64,000 bases of DNA from a candidate division FCPU426 bacterium (GTDB taxonomy: Bacteria; Oederibacteriota; Muellerivitia; Muellerivitales; Muellerivitaceae). Positions 10,744 through 19,584 of the stretch are shown piece after piece. Position numbers and translations under genes: made by a program. A model generated the notes under the pieces. The model ran no database searches. It was not told the origin of the DNA and saw only the letters and a program-made list of their open reading frames with translations. Within the stretch, counting starts at the first letter, position 1. Each line of letters opens with the position of its first letter. The stretch is taken from assembly GCA_963771075.1 (NCBI GenBank), contig CAVYSE010000018.1, forward strand, positions 198,642 through 262,641, written 5' to 3'.

Positions 10744-12553
10744 ATCAAAAGCCGATATATAAAAACAGGGTCGATCCCCACCTATCGACGAGTCTTTGCG
10801 TTTTAATGATGGCTTTGAGCCCTCTCGTTTCGGCGCAATCGGCATTTTTAGATTTCAGCACTCCCGCCCGGGAAGCCGCCCTGGGGGGAACGGGGTGGCC
10901 CTTCCCGAGGGCACTTCCAGCCTGGCTTTCAACCCGGCTGGACTGGGGGATGACGCCATTTTCAAGGTCTCCGCCCGGTACGAAAACCTTTTTTCAGGGA
11001 TCGGCGGGGATGACCTCTCCACAGGGAACCTGTCGGCGGTCTTTCCCCTGGAAACCGGGGACGGCCTGGGTTTTTCCCTGGACCATTTCGGATCGAATAA
11101 TCTGGAGCAAGACCGTTTGCAGGCGGCCTTCGGGAAAAGTTTCGGGTCCGATTCACCTTTAAAGCCCCTGAAGTTGGGAATCCAATTGTCCTACCTGCGC
11201 GAGCAGTTCACCCTCTCGGCCCCCCTGGCCGGTATCAACCCCGGTAATCTTTCCTCCGGAGCTTTCTCCGTGGGGGCCGGGGCCCTCCTCGAGGCATTTA
11301 CCTGGGCGACCCTGGGGATTTCCGCCGAGAACCTGAACCAGCCCAACCTGGGGGTCGTTGGAGTGGATGAGGTGCCCCTCTTTTTGCGCTACGGCGTCGC
11401 GGCGCGTCCCCCCGTGGGATCGGACCGGCTTTCCCTTACCTTCGCCCAATCCCTCAGCCAAGGGAACCTGGACAGCCAGGGGGGCGCCGAGTGGGTTTTC
11501 ACCGATTGGGGGGTGGCCCTGCGGGTGGGGGGCGACGCCAACATGGGCGTGGTGGGGTTCGGCTGGGAAAACGACGGATTGTCCATCGATTACGCCTATC
11601 AATTTTCCTGGAACCAGGCCCCCTCCCTGGGCGGGGTGGGATTGCCGGAAAGCCACCTCTTGGAAGTGGGTTTCGCCTGGGAAAATCCCCCGAAGGGGGA
11701 GGACCGGCTGTTCGCCAAGCTGGTTTCCCAGGCCCAGCGGGCCCAGGGGGATCAGAGGTGGAAGGAGGCCTACTGGGATTACCAGGAGGCCAGCCTCCTG
11801 AAACCCGCCGATCCCTTGGTCATCCAGGAGCGCGCCACGGCCTTGAAACAATACAATCTCCAACGCGCGGATTCTTTTTACCAGGCGGGGAAGCAAGCCG
11901 AGGGTCAGGGCTATTTCGTCGAGGCCCAGCGCAATTACGAGTGGGCGGTTTCCCTGGCCCCGGCCATGCGCTCCTACGCCGAGGCGAGGGACCGGGTGAA
12001 AAAGGCCATCACCCAGGGAGCCCTGGGCGACCCCAAGGTGCGGGACCTGCTGGAAAAAGCGGTGGCTTTGGTGAAATTGAACGACGCCAGGGACGCGATG
12101 AAAAAAATCAAGGAAGCCCTGGCCCTCTATCCCGGGGACGCCTTTCTCCAATTCGTGGAAAGGGCCTTCACACCCAAGGCCGCCACAGCGACCGAGAAGG
12201 AGGACAAAAAGCTCCAGCAATTGGCGGCTGAAGCCGAGATTTTCCGGGGCAAGGGCCGCATCGACTTGGCCCGGGAGGCCTGGCAGGAAATGCTCAAGAA
12301 GGACCCGGCCAACTCCCTGGCCAAGGAAAACCTCTCGCAAACCGAGGCGGGCGGTTCGGCCCCGGTCCTGACCGAGGCCCAGAAAAACCAGGTTCAGGGC
12401 CTGCTTCAAAGCGGAGTCAAGGCCTACGCCGATGGGGATACGGAGTCGGCCGTGAGGGATTGGGAGGAGGCGCTCCAGGTCGACCCTCAAAACGTGAACG
12501 CCTTGAACAACCTGACGCGCGTCAAGATGGAAGAGGGGGAGGGCAAGAAATGA
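10740..12553 (+). pseudogene. PorV/FadL-like outer-membrane beta-barrel with C-terminal TPR-like domain; interrupted by a -1 frameshift in a G6 run (10883-10888)
   Basis: Frame A (10740..11162) gives signal peptide + …SAFLDFSTPAREAALGG; frame B (10796..12553) continues NGVALPEGTSSLAFNPAGLGDD… (classic N-terminal barrel motifs); adding one G joins the two frames; ATGA overlap with upstream gene. Confidence 0.55.
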
Positions 12554-13950
12554 GGCTCACGACCCGTTTTTCCCTCAGCCATAGCCTGGTGGTCGTGGTG
12601 GCGCTGACCGTGAGCTTCTTCCTGGTCTATGGGGGGGCGCGGCTGCTTTACCTTCGGCAGGCGAGGGTTTCTCAAAGCCAGGAACTTTCCGATTTCGTCC
12701 TGGCCGCCCGGGAATCCCTGATCCAGCACGAGGATGTGGCGGTGTTGAATTTCATGAAGTCCGCGATCCGCCACCCGACCCTGGCCTATGTGGCCTTTAC
12801 CAACCCCACCACCGGCACCTCGGTGGTCCTGCCTCCCGAATACCAAAAGGAAACATTCACGGCTCCTGAAGCCGGGAAGGAATCCCCCCTCCGGCTGAAA
12901 CGCAGGGGACTGGAAGTGCAGGAATGGGCGGACTCTATCCCCTTGGGGGGAGGGGGGATGGGACGGGTATGGCTGGGCTATTCACTGCCGGCCATGGAAA
13001 AGGACCTGAGGGATCAGACCTCCCGGTGGATGAATTTGGAGATGGAAGCGGGGGCGGCCGCGCTTTTAGCGGGGTTGTTGGTGTCCCTGATCCTGGGCCG
13101 GCAAATGGCGGCGCCCTTGAAAAAGATCCGGGAAGGCACGCACCTGGTGCGGGAAGGCCGGTTGGGATCGCTAGTGGAGGTGAAAAGGCGGGATGAGATC
13201 GGGGATCTGGCGAGGGATTTCAACGCCATGGTGCGCCAGCTCAAGGAACTGGACGAGATGAAACGGGATTTCATGGCGGGCGTCACCCATGACCTGGGCA
13301 CGCCCCTGCACGCCATCCGCAGCGCCATCAACTACCTCCAGGCCGGGGACGCCGGGCCCCTGACGGAAAAACAATCCGAGTACCTGCTGATGGTCTCCAA
13401 CAGCACCGCCCACCTGACCGCCTTCATCAACAACCTCCTGACCACCGCCCGCATCGAAGCCGCCAAGGTGGACCCCTACCCGGAACCGGTGGACGTCTTC
13501 GCCCATGTGAAGGAACTGGTGGACCTCTACCAGTCCCAGGCTGCCGAGAACGGGGTCCAATTGACGCTGGTCAAGAAGACCCATTACATCTCACTCGTCG
13601 CGGATGTGACCATGTTCCGCCAAATCGTCCTGAACCTGCTGTCCAACGCGGTCAAGTTCACCCCGAAAGGGGAAGTGGAGGTGATTCTCGCGGAGGAAGA
13701 GGGGAACTTCATCCTGCAAGTCAAGGATACGGGCATCGGCATCGATGCCACCCAGCAAAAGCTGATCTTCGACAAGTTTTATCGGGTCCACCAGCCGCCG
13801 GGGATGCCCGCCCGGCAGGGAAGCGGCCTGGGCCTGACCATCGTCAAGGGCCTGGCCGAGGCGCACGGCGGCCGGGTGGAAGTCAGAAGCGAATTAGGGA
13901 AGGGCAGTGATTTCAAGGTGATCCTGCCCAAGCAACCGGGGCGGGCCTGA
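12550..13950 (+). CDS. sensor histidine kinase (TM–HAMP–HisKA–HATPase_c)
   Basis: ATGA overlap with upstream stop; N-terminal TM helix; H-box …FMAGVTHDLGTPLHAI…; G-boxes …GSGLGLTIVKGLAEAHGG…. Confidence 0.8.
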   Translation: MRLTTRFSLSHSLVVVVALTVSFFLVYGGARLLYLRQARVSQSQELSDFVLAARESLIQHEDVAVLNFMKSAIRHPTLAYVAFTNPTTGTSVVLPPEYQKETFTAPEAGKESPLRLKRRGLEVQEWADSIPLGGGGMGRVWLGYSLPAMEKDLRDQTSRWMNLEMEAGAAALLAGLLVSLILGRQMAAPLKKIREGTHLVREGRLGSLVEVKRRDEIGDLARDFNAMVRQLKELDEMKRDFMAGVTHDLGTPLHAIRSAINYLQAGDAGPLTEKQSEYLLMVSNSTAHLTAFINNLLTTARIEAAKVDPYPEPVDVFAHVKELVDLYQSQAAENGVQLTLVKKTHYISLVADVTMFRQIVLNLLSNAVKFTPKGEVEVILAEEEGNFILQVKDTGIGIDATQQKLIFDKFYRVHQPPGMPARQGSGLGLTIVKGLAEAHGGRVEVRSELGKGSDFKVILPKQPGRA

Positions 13951-13975
13951 CCCGCCCTTCAATGAAGAAGGAGAT

Positions 13976-14668
13976 ATGAAACAACCATCGATTTTGATGA
14001 TTGAGGACGATCCAACCGTTTCCACCGTGACTCGGGACCTCTTTATAAAGGAGGGGTACGAGGTGAAGGGTGTTTCCAGGGCCTTGGACGGCTGGGACGC
14101 CCTGCAAAAGGGTGATTTTGACCTGCTGGTGCTCGATTTGGGGCTGCCCGACATGGATGGGTTAGAACTTTGCGCCAAGATCAAGAAGGACCCGGTCAAG
14201 GGAGCCATTCCCATCTTCATCCTGACGGCCTTGGGTTCCTCGGAAGACACGGTCAAGGGGCTGGAGGCGGGGGCAGAGGATTACCTTTCCAAACCTTTCA
14301 ATGAGCGGGAATTCCTGGCCCGGGCCCGGGCGATTCTCAGGCGCCGGGAACCCTTGTTAAGGAAGGAAGAGGAGATCATTTCGGGCGCGATCCGGCTCTC
14401 CATTAATTCCCATGAGGCCTGGCGGGGGAAAGAACCCGTCCAGCTCACCCTTCGGGAATTTGACATCCTCAAGGTTTTTCTGGCCAACCCCGGTAAGAGC
14501 CTGACTCGGGAGGAAATCGTCAAGATGGCCTGGGGGCCCAACACGACCATTGTGCCCAAGGTGGTGGATGTGCATATGGGCCACTTGAGGGCCAAGTTGG
14601 GACCGGAGGGGAAGCGGATCGCGACTGTTCCGCAGGTTGGGTACAAACTGGTGCCTCCCAAGGCTTAA
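13976..14668 (+). CDS. OmpR/PhoB-family response regulator
   Basis: Receiver domain …ILMIEDDP…DLLVLDLGLPDMDG…; C-terminal winged-helix …LTLREFDILKVFLANPGKSLTREEI…GYKL. Confidence 0.85.
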   Translation: MKQPSILMIEDDPTVSTVTRDLFIKEGYEVKGVSRALDGWDALQKGDFDLLVLDLGLPDMDGLELCAKIKKDPVKGAIPIFILTALGSSEDTVKGLEAGAEDYLSKPFNEREFLARARAILRRREPLLRKEEEIISGAIRLSINSHEAWRGKEPVQLTLREFDILKVFLANPGKSLTREEIVKMAWGPNTTIVPKVVDVHMGHLRAKLGPEGKRIATVPQVGYKLVPPKA

Positions 14669-14845
14669 AGACGTAAGGTGAAATGTTTTTCTCCTTCTCC
14701 CCTACGAGGGAGAAGGTTGGGATGAGGGGGAAGGGTGTAAGTAAAACACCCCTCACCCTATCCCATATTTCCCTTTTGGGGATATAAAAAGGACATATGG
14801 GACCATACCGACCTCCATAAAAGCTAACTCAATGGAAGGTCGGCA

Positions 14846-14880
14846 TACCCTCTCCCTCAAGGGGAGAGGTTTCGTTTTAT
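14846..14880 (+). terminator. hairpin + T-rich tail
   Basis: CCCTCTCCC-TCAA-GGGGAGAGG followed by TTTCGTTTTA. Confidence 0.4.
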
Positions 14881-14958
14881 ATGTGTTTGCCGATGGTAGG
14901 TTTCTGGTTGAAAATTTAGCTATAATCCCACCCTCCAAATAGCCTCGAAGGGAAAACC

Positions 14959-16479
14959 ATGACCTATCGAAATGTCGTACGGCATCTGCCAACGCTGGTC
15001 TATTCATCCATCCTCCTCCTTTCGGTGAACGCCCTCCGGGCCGAAGCTCCGGCGGCTTCCGGAATGGACCTGCCGGTCATTGAAAAAAACCTCAGTAACG
15101 GCCTCAAGGTTCTGGTGGTGGAGGAACCGGGCATTCCGGTCGTCTCCTTCTCCTATATGCAGCCCGTCGGGGCCCAGGACGCCCCCAAGGGCAAAACCGG
15201 TCTTCCCCACATGCTGGAACACATGATGTTCAAGGGCACCCAGACCATCGGCTGCAAGGATTTCTCGAAGGAAGAGCCCATCCTGGAGGCGCAGGACCAG
15301 GTGGCCCAGGCCACGAACGAAGAAAACGCCAAGCTCGATCCCGATCCCCAGAAGCTGAAAGACCTGGCGGAGAAAATGAAACAGCTCCAACTCGATGACC
15401 GGCAATGGGTGGTGAAGGACGAGCTGGATTCCATCTATACCCAAAACGGGGGCCAGAGCCTGAACGCCTGGACCAGCCAGGACGCCACCAATTACACCGT
15501 GACCCTGCCCGCCAACAAGGTGGCGCTCTATGCCGCCATCGAGCAGGACCGCCTCACCCACCCGGTTTTCCGCGAGTTTTATTCCGAACGCGATGTGGTG
15601 GCCCAGGAAAGGCGTTGGCGCTCCGAATCCAATCCCGAGGGCAAGCTTTACGAGGCGCTGGAATCCACCGCTTTCGCCGCCAGCCCCTACAAGGACCCCT
15701 CCATCGGTTGGATGACCGATATCCACAAGCTCATGCGGCCCGACGCCGTGAACTTTTACAAGAGCACCTACCGGCCCGACCGGGGCGTCCTGGCGGTGGT
15801 GGGCGGGGTGAAGGCGTCCGAGATCTTTCCGCTCTTTGAGAAGACCCTGGGCCAGGTGCCCAACCCGCCGGTCGCGCCCTTGACCCAGGCTTGGACCCAG
15901 GAGCCCCCCCAGGCGGGCCCCAAGTCGGTCCGGGTCCGATTTGACGCCGACCCGATGGCGATCCTGGCCTGGCATATCCCCAATTTCCCCCATAAAGATT
16001 CGGTGACCCTGGACGTGCTTTGCGACATCCTCACCAGCGGCAATACATCCCGGTTGGTCAAAAACCTGGTCCTGGAAAAGAAAATGGCGACCTCCATCAG
16101 CGCTTCCACCGGGTTTCCGGGCGACCGGAACCCCGATTTGATGGTGATGCAGTTCGACCCGGCCGCCGGGCAAAAGAATGAAAAGATCATCGCGGCCATC
16201 GAGGCCGAGATCGCCTCCATCCGAAAGAAGGGTGTGACCCAGGAGGAATTGGACCGGGCGCGCCGAGGCGCCGAATCCTCCTACCTTTGGGGCAAAACCA
16301 GTCCCTCGGGCCTCGCGACCGACCTGGCCTACAACCAGGCGGTGCATGGGGATTGGCGTTATTTGAAAACCTACATTGAGATGGTGAGGGCCACGACCTC
16401 CGAGGATATCAAGCAGGCCGCGGGGAAATACCTGGTGGAAACCAACCGCACCACCGCCACCCTGGAAAGGGGGAAGTAA
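14959..16479 (+). CDS. M16 family zinc metallopeptidase (pitrilysin-like), active subunit
   Basis: Inverted zinc-binding motif HMLEHMMFKGT (HxxEH); signal peptide; 506 aa. Confidence 0.8.
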   Translation: MTYRNVVRHLPTLVYSSILLLSVNALRAEAPAASGMDLPVIEKNLSNGLKVLVVEEPGIPVVSFSYMQPVGAQDAPKGKTGLPHMLEHMMFKGTQTIGCKDFSKEEPILEAQDQVAQATNEENAKLDPDPQKLKDLAEKMKQLQLDDRQWVVKDELDSIYTQNGGQSLNAWTSQDATNYTVTLPANKVALYAAIEQDRLTHPVFREFYSERDVVAQERRWRSESNPEGKLYEALESTAFAASPYKDPSIGWMTDIHKLMRPDAVNFYKSTYRPDRGVLAVVGGVKASEIFPLFEKTLGQVPNPPVAPLTQAWTQEPPQAGPKSVRVRFDADPMAILAWHIPNFPHKDSVTLDVLCDILTSGNTSRLVKNLVLEKKMATSISASTGFPGDRNPDLMVMQFDPAAGQKNEKIIAAIEAEIASIRKKGVTQEELDRARRGAESSYLWGKTSPSGLATDLAYNQAVHGDWRYLKTYIEMVRATTSEDIKQAAGKYLVETNRTTATLERGK

Positions 16480-18023
16480 TGAAAACCATTATTAAAAAAA
16501 TTAACCCACAGCCAACGCAAAGCCGCAAAGCCGCAAAGAACGGCCTTTTATTACTCGAAGTATTCAATTCTCGTAACGTCTTTACGGCTTTCACCCTTAA
16601 CAGAGGTGTTCGTCCTTCTTGGCGTCTTGGCGTCTTTGCGTTGGGATTTGTGGTTTCGTCTTTCGCCTTTGCCAATCCGCCCCAGTTTCCGCCCGAGAAC
16701 CCGTTGGAAATTCAAGTTCCGGCCTTCTCCTTTAAAACCCTTTCCTGTGGGATCAAGGTCCTCTATTTGCATGACGACCGGCTTCCGATCGTCTCCGGGT
16801 CCCTGCGTATTCCCGGGGGGAACGTCACCGACCCGAACGGAAAAGAAGGGCTGTCTTCCTTCACGGCTTCCTTGCTTCGAAACGGCGGCGCGGGAAAGTT
16901 GAAACCGGGGGCCTTTGACACGGCCCTGGAAAACAAGGCGATTTCCCTGGGTTGTTCCAGCGAGCAGGAGGATTTCAACGCGACCTTCTCCTGCCTGTCG
17001 GAGGACCTGGAAGCGGCCTTGGGATACTACGCGGATATGCTTCGTCGGCCGGGTTTCGACGCCAAGCGGCTGGCCGCCGAAAAGCTGGACCAGGCGGAAG
17101 CCAACCAACGCGTCGAGGACACGCCGGACGCCATCACGAGGGTGCTTTTCACCAAGAGCCTCTTCGGCCATTCCGCCTATGGGCGGTGGGGAAGCCCCGC
17201 GACGGTCAAGCGCTTCACGGCCCAGGACGTGAAAAGTTTTTACAAGACCCATTTTGGGCCCGAGGGGGCCTTGCTGGTGGTGACGGGGAAGTTCTCGGAA
17301 GAGGAGGTTTCGGCCCGGCTGGAAAAATTGTTCGAGGGATGGAAGGCCCAGCTAAAGCCCGCGGCCTTCACGGACGCCCAGCCCCTGGGCCCGGCGATCT
17401 ATTTCTTCCCCAAGGACGTCACCCAGGTTTTCATCCGGTTTGGCCTGCCGGGCTTGAAACGCCACGACCCGAACGACATCCCCCTGCAGGTGGCCAACTA
17501 CGTGCTGGGCGGCTCCGGTTTTACCTCCCGGCTCATGCGGGAAATACGTTCCAACCGGGGGTTGGCCTATTTTGTGGACAGTTACTTCCTGCCCTATAAC
17601 ATCCGGGGTCCCTTCCAGGTGGTGGGTGGAACCCGGCCGGACTCCGTCAAGGAATACCTGACCCTCATGTTCGGCCAATTGGCCCAATACGCCAAGGAGG
17701 GCCCGACGGATGCCGAAATGGCCGCGGCCCAAAAGGGGATGATCGCGGAATACGCCTATAACTTCGAATCCTCTTTCACGCTGGCCAATTACGAGGGCTC
17801 CCTGGCCTTCAACGGATATCCGGATGATTACCTCGCCACCTACCGGGACCAGGTCGGCGCGGTCACAAAAGAGCAGGCTGCCGCGGCGGTTCGCCAGATC
17901 CTGGACCAGAAAAATTGGGTGCTGGCGGTTTGCGGGCCGGCCGGGTTGGAGAAAGACCTGGCAGGGTTTGGGAAGGTCGTGACGGTGAAGAGCGTTTTCG
18001 ATCCGCTTCCCAAGATGGAATAG
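16479..18023 (+). CDS. M16 family peptidase, second (likely non-catalytic) subunit
   Basis: Overlaps upstream stop (TAATG); M16-like length and composition, no HxxEH motif; paired arrangement typical of M16B heterodimers. Confidence 0.7.
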   Translation: MKTIIKKINPQPTQSRKAAKNGLLLLEVFNSRNVFTAFTLNRGVRPSWRLGVFALGFVVSSFAFANPPQFPPENPLEIQVPAFSFKTLSCGIKVLYLHDDRLPIVSGSLRIPGGNVTDPNGKEGLSSFTASLLRNGGAGKLKPGAFDTALENKAISLGCSSEQEDFNATFSCLSEDLEAALGYYADMLRRPGFDAKRLAAEKLDQAEANQRVEDTPDAITRVLFTKSLFGHSAYGRWGSPATVKRFTAQDVKSFYKTHFGPEGALLVVTGKFSEEEVSARLEKLFEGWKAQLKPAAFTDAQPLGPAIYFFPKDVTQVFIRFGLPGLKRHDPNDIPLQVANYVLGGSGFTSRLMREIRSNRGLAYFVDSYFLPYNIRGPFQVVGGTRPDSVKEYLTLMFGQLAQYAKEGPTDAEMAAAQKGMIAEYAYNFESSFTLANYEGSLAFNGYPDDYLATYRDQVGAVTKEQAAAAVRQILDQKNWVLAVCGPAGLEKDLAGFGKVVTVKSVFDPLPKME

Positions 18024-18034
18024 GGAGTTTTAGG

Positions 18035-18328
18035 TTATTGAGTTCGTGAGGCGGTCCCGGCGGGAACCGCGACAGGCGCTGCCTTGGGTTTGGACTTGTG
18101 CTTGTGGGTCGCTTGGGTTCCCGGGCAAGGGATGGGGGTTCCTTGGGCGTTCAGGCAAAGGGGTTGTCCATTGGGGCCGGAACCCGGGATGATCGTGTAA
18201 TCCACATGCCCAAATTGGGGCGTGGAGGTGGGAACCGGAACGGCGGTTGAATTCGGCGCGGGATCGGCCCATATACTTCCAATGACCATCCCTAAAATGG
18301 ATAAAACCAAAAATAGTTGAAGTTTCAT
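18035..18328 (-). CDS. small secreted hypothetical protein
   Basis: Internal Met MKLQLFLVLSILGMVIGSIWA signal peptide; Pro/Thr-rich, two Cys. Confidence 0.4.
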   Translation of the reverse strand: MKLQLFLVLSILGMVIGSIWADPAPNSTAVPVPTSTPQFGHVDYTIIPGSGPNGQPLCLNAQGTPIPCPGTQATHKHKSKPKAAPVAVPAGTASRTQ

Positions 18329-18501
18329 CGTCCATCTCCTTTTCGTGTCGAAGGGGTCATTAAAGCCCTGCCCCAACCGCACCATTTTGACACCAATCGC
18401 CGCAAAGAGAGAAGCATCGTTCGAAAAAACACGGGCGAATTCTTTGATTGATAGTTGGTGGGGTTTTCCCTAAAATTCAGCCCTCTTATGGCTTTTGACG
18501 G

Positions 18502-18576
18502 GGCCCCATCGTCTAACGGTTAGGACGGATGGTTCTCAGCCATTAAATCGGGGTTCGATTCCCCGTGGGGCTACCA
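18502..18576 (+). tRNA. tRNA-Glu (anticodon CTC)
   Basis: Hand-folded cloverleaf: acceptor GGCCCCA/TGGGGCT (G1·U72), D-stem GTCT/GGAC, anticodon stem GATGG/CCATT with loop TTCTCAG (CTC), T-arm CGGGG-TTCGATT-CCCCG, discriminator A, encoded CCA. Confidence 0.85.
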
Positions 18577-18585
18577 AAACAAATA

Positions 18586-18626
18586 ACCCGGGTTCATGAA
18601 AATGAATCCGGGTTTTCTTTTTGTGG
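18586..18626 (+). terminator. hairpin + T-run downstream of tRNA
   Basis: ACCCGGGTTCA-TGAAAA-TGAATCCGGGT then TTTCTTTTTG. Confidence 0.55.
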
Positions 18627-18675
18627 GACCCCACGGGGCCGAAGGGTGCGGGAAACAGATGTTTCCCGGTCGTTG

Positions 18676-18779
18676 GATGGGGTATATAGCGGGTCATTTC
18701 CCCTATAAACGGTGCTACCCCGGGGTGGCTACCAAAAAATGAACCCAGGTTCGCAAGAACCTGGGTTTTCTTATTTTTG
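18676..18779 (+). repeat. degenerate copy of tRNA-Glu 3' end (…CCCCGGGGTGGCTACCA) plus paralogous downstream terminator hairpin
   Basis: …ACCCCGGGGTGGCTACCAAAAAATGAACCCAGGTTCGCAAGAACCTGGGTTTTCTTATTTTTGCCCCACGGGG parallels tRNA 3' end + terminator + CCCCACGGGG at 18561-18650. Confidence 0.6.
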
Positions 18780-18946
18780 CCCCACGGGGTGGGACGCCGG
18801 GGCCACTATGCCCCGGCACAGACAAGATTAGGCCGAGACTTGCGGTCTCGTCCTAGTCGAAAGCTTGAAAACGGGAGTTTTCCTCTCTAGATAATCTTTT
18901 TCTGAAGGGTACATAGGGGTTCTACCCTATGGGCGGTAGCCAAGAG

Positions 18947-19008
18947 GGATGGGGGGAGATAGCGGGGGTTTTTCCCCTGTGAGCGGTGTTACCCTGGGGT
19001 GGCTACCA
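18947..19008 (+). repeat. second degenerate tRNA-3'-end-like unit (…CCTGGGGTGGCTACCA), homologous to 18676-18734
   Basis: GGGATGGGGGGAGATAGCGGGGGTTTTTCCCCTGTGAGCGGTGTTACCCTGGGGTGGCTACCA aligns with unit at 18676-18734. Confidence 0.55.
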
Positions 19009-19046
19009 TATTTGTTTTTTCACCCTCAGAAGTGCTCAAAAGCTCG

Positions 19047-19352
19047 ATGAACAAAGTCGTTTCGGCGGTTCCAAATTCTCCATCCGAAAATTCATTTCCT
19101 CCGGGGAACAGTTACCATCCCTTGAAAAAATACCGCATCCCCCTCACCAATAGCATACTTTCCGATAAGGAGATTTGGGGCGACCGAGGCAACCAACCCA
19201 TAATGCTTCGCCCTAACGACATGCCCCTCTACGGTCTGCCTGTTGCTACCATTTACGACATGATTTATAGGGCATCTGAGACACAAGACCCGATCCCTTT
19301 TATAAAACTAGGTCGCAAAACCCTTATGGCGATTGGAGAAGATGGTCCTTAA
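19047..19352 (+). CDS. AlpA-like excisionase/HTH regulator (possibly truncated)
   Basis: C-terminal …LYGLPVATIYDMIYRASETQDPIPFIKLGRKTLMAIGE resembles AlpA/Xis motif (…STIYR…FP.PIKLG.R…); located just past the tRNA/att-like repeats. Confidence 0.35.
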   Translation: MNKVVSAVPNSPSENSFPPGNSYHPLKKYRIPLTNSILSDKEIWGDRGNQPIMLRPNDMPLYGLPVATIYDMIYRASETQDPIPFIKLGRKTLMAIGEDGP

Positions 19353-19584
19353 GTGTCAAGTGTTGTCCTGACCCCATTTTCGTAACCTGGACGATGCCTT
19401 TCCCCATGCCTTGCGGCTTGTCGTCTCGGAAACCGTGCCCCATTCCCGGCGGATGATCCGCTACCTGCAAGCCTGGGTCCGGGAGAAAGACCTTTCTTGG
19501 TGGTTTGTGAGTGATTTTCAGAAGCTGACGACCCGGCCTTTCGAAGACTGCTGGTATCAAATCAACCATCCCTTGGTGCAATAG
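19321..19584 (+). pseudogene. start-less coding-like fragment (…RMIRYLQAWVREKDLSWWFVSDFQKLTTRPFEDCWYQINHPLVQ*)
   Basis: Open frame without upstream Met, overlaps end of preceding ORF in another frame; likely gene remnant at island edge. Confidence 0.2.

Noticed and set aside
11159-12490. 443-aa minus-strand ORF opposite the PorV-like/TPR gene
   Set aside because: It is antisense to a gene with clear motifs, is Gly/Arg/Pro-rich, and has no recognisable domains.
12550-14668. Interpretation of the HK/RR pair as PorY/PorX (T9SS regulators)
   Set aside because: The regulator has an OmpR-type winged-helix output. It lacks the PglZ/alkaline-phosphatase-like domain of PorX, so it is only a generic two-component system.
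15004-16347. 447-aa minus-strand ORF opposite the M16 peptidase
   Set aside because: The plus strand carries the HxxEH peptidase, so this is a high-GC antisense artefact. The same reasoning applies to 16551..17252(-), 54764..55690(-), 3492..4298(+), 45571..46209(+), 52988..53512(+) and 53555..54199(+).
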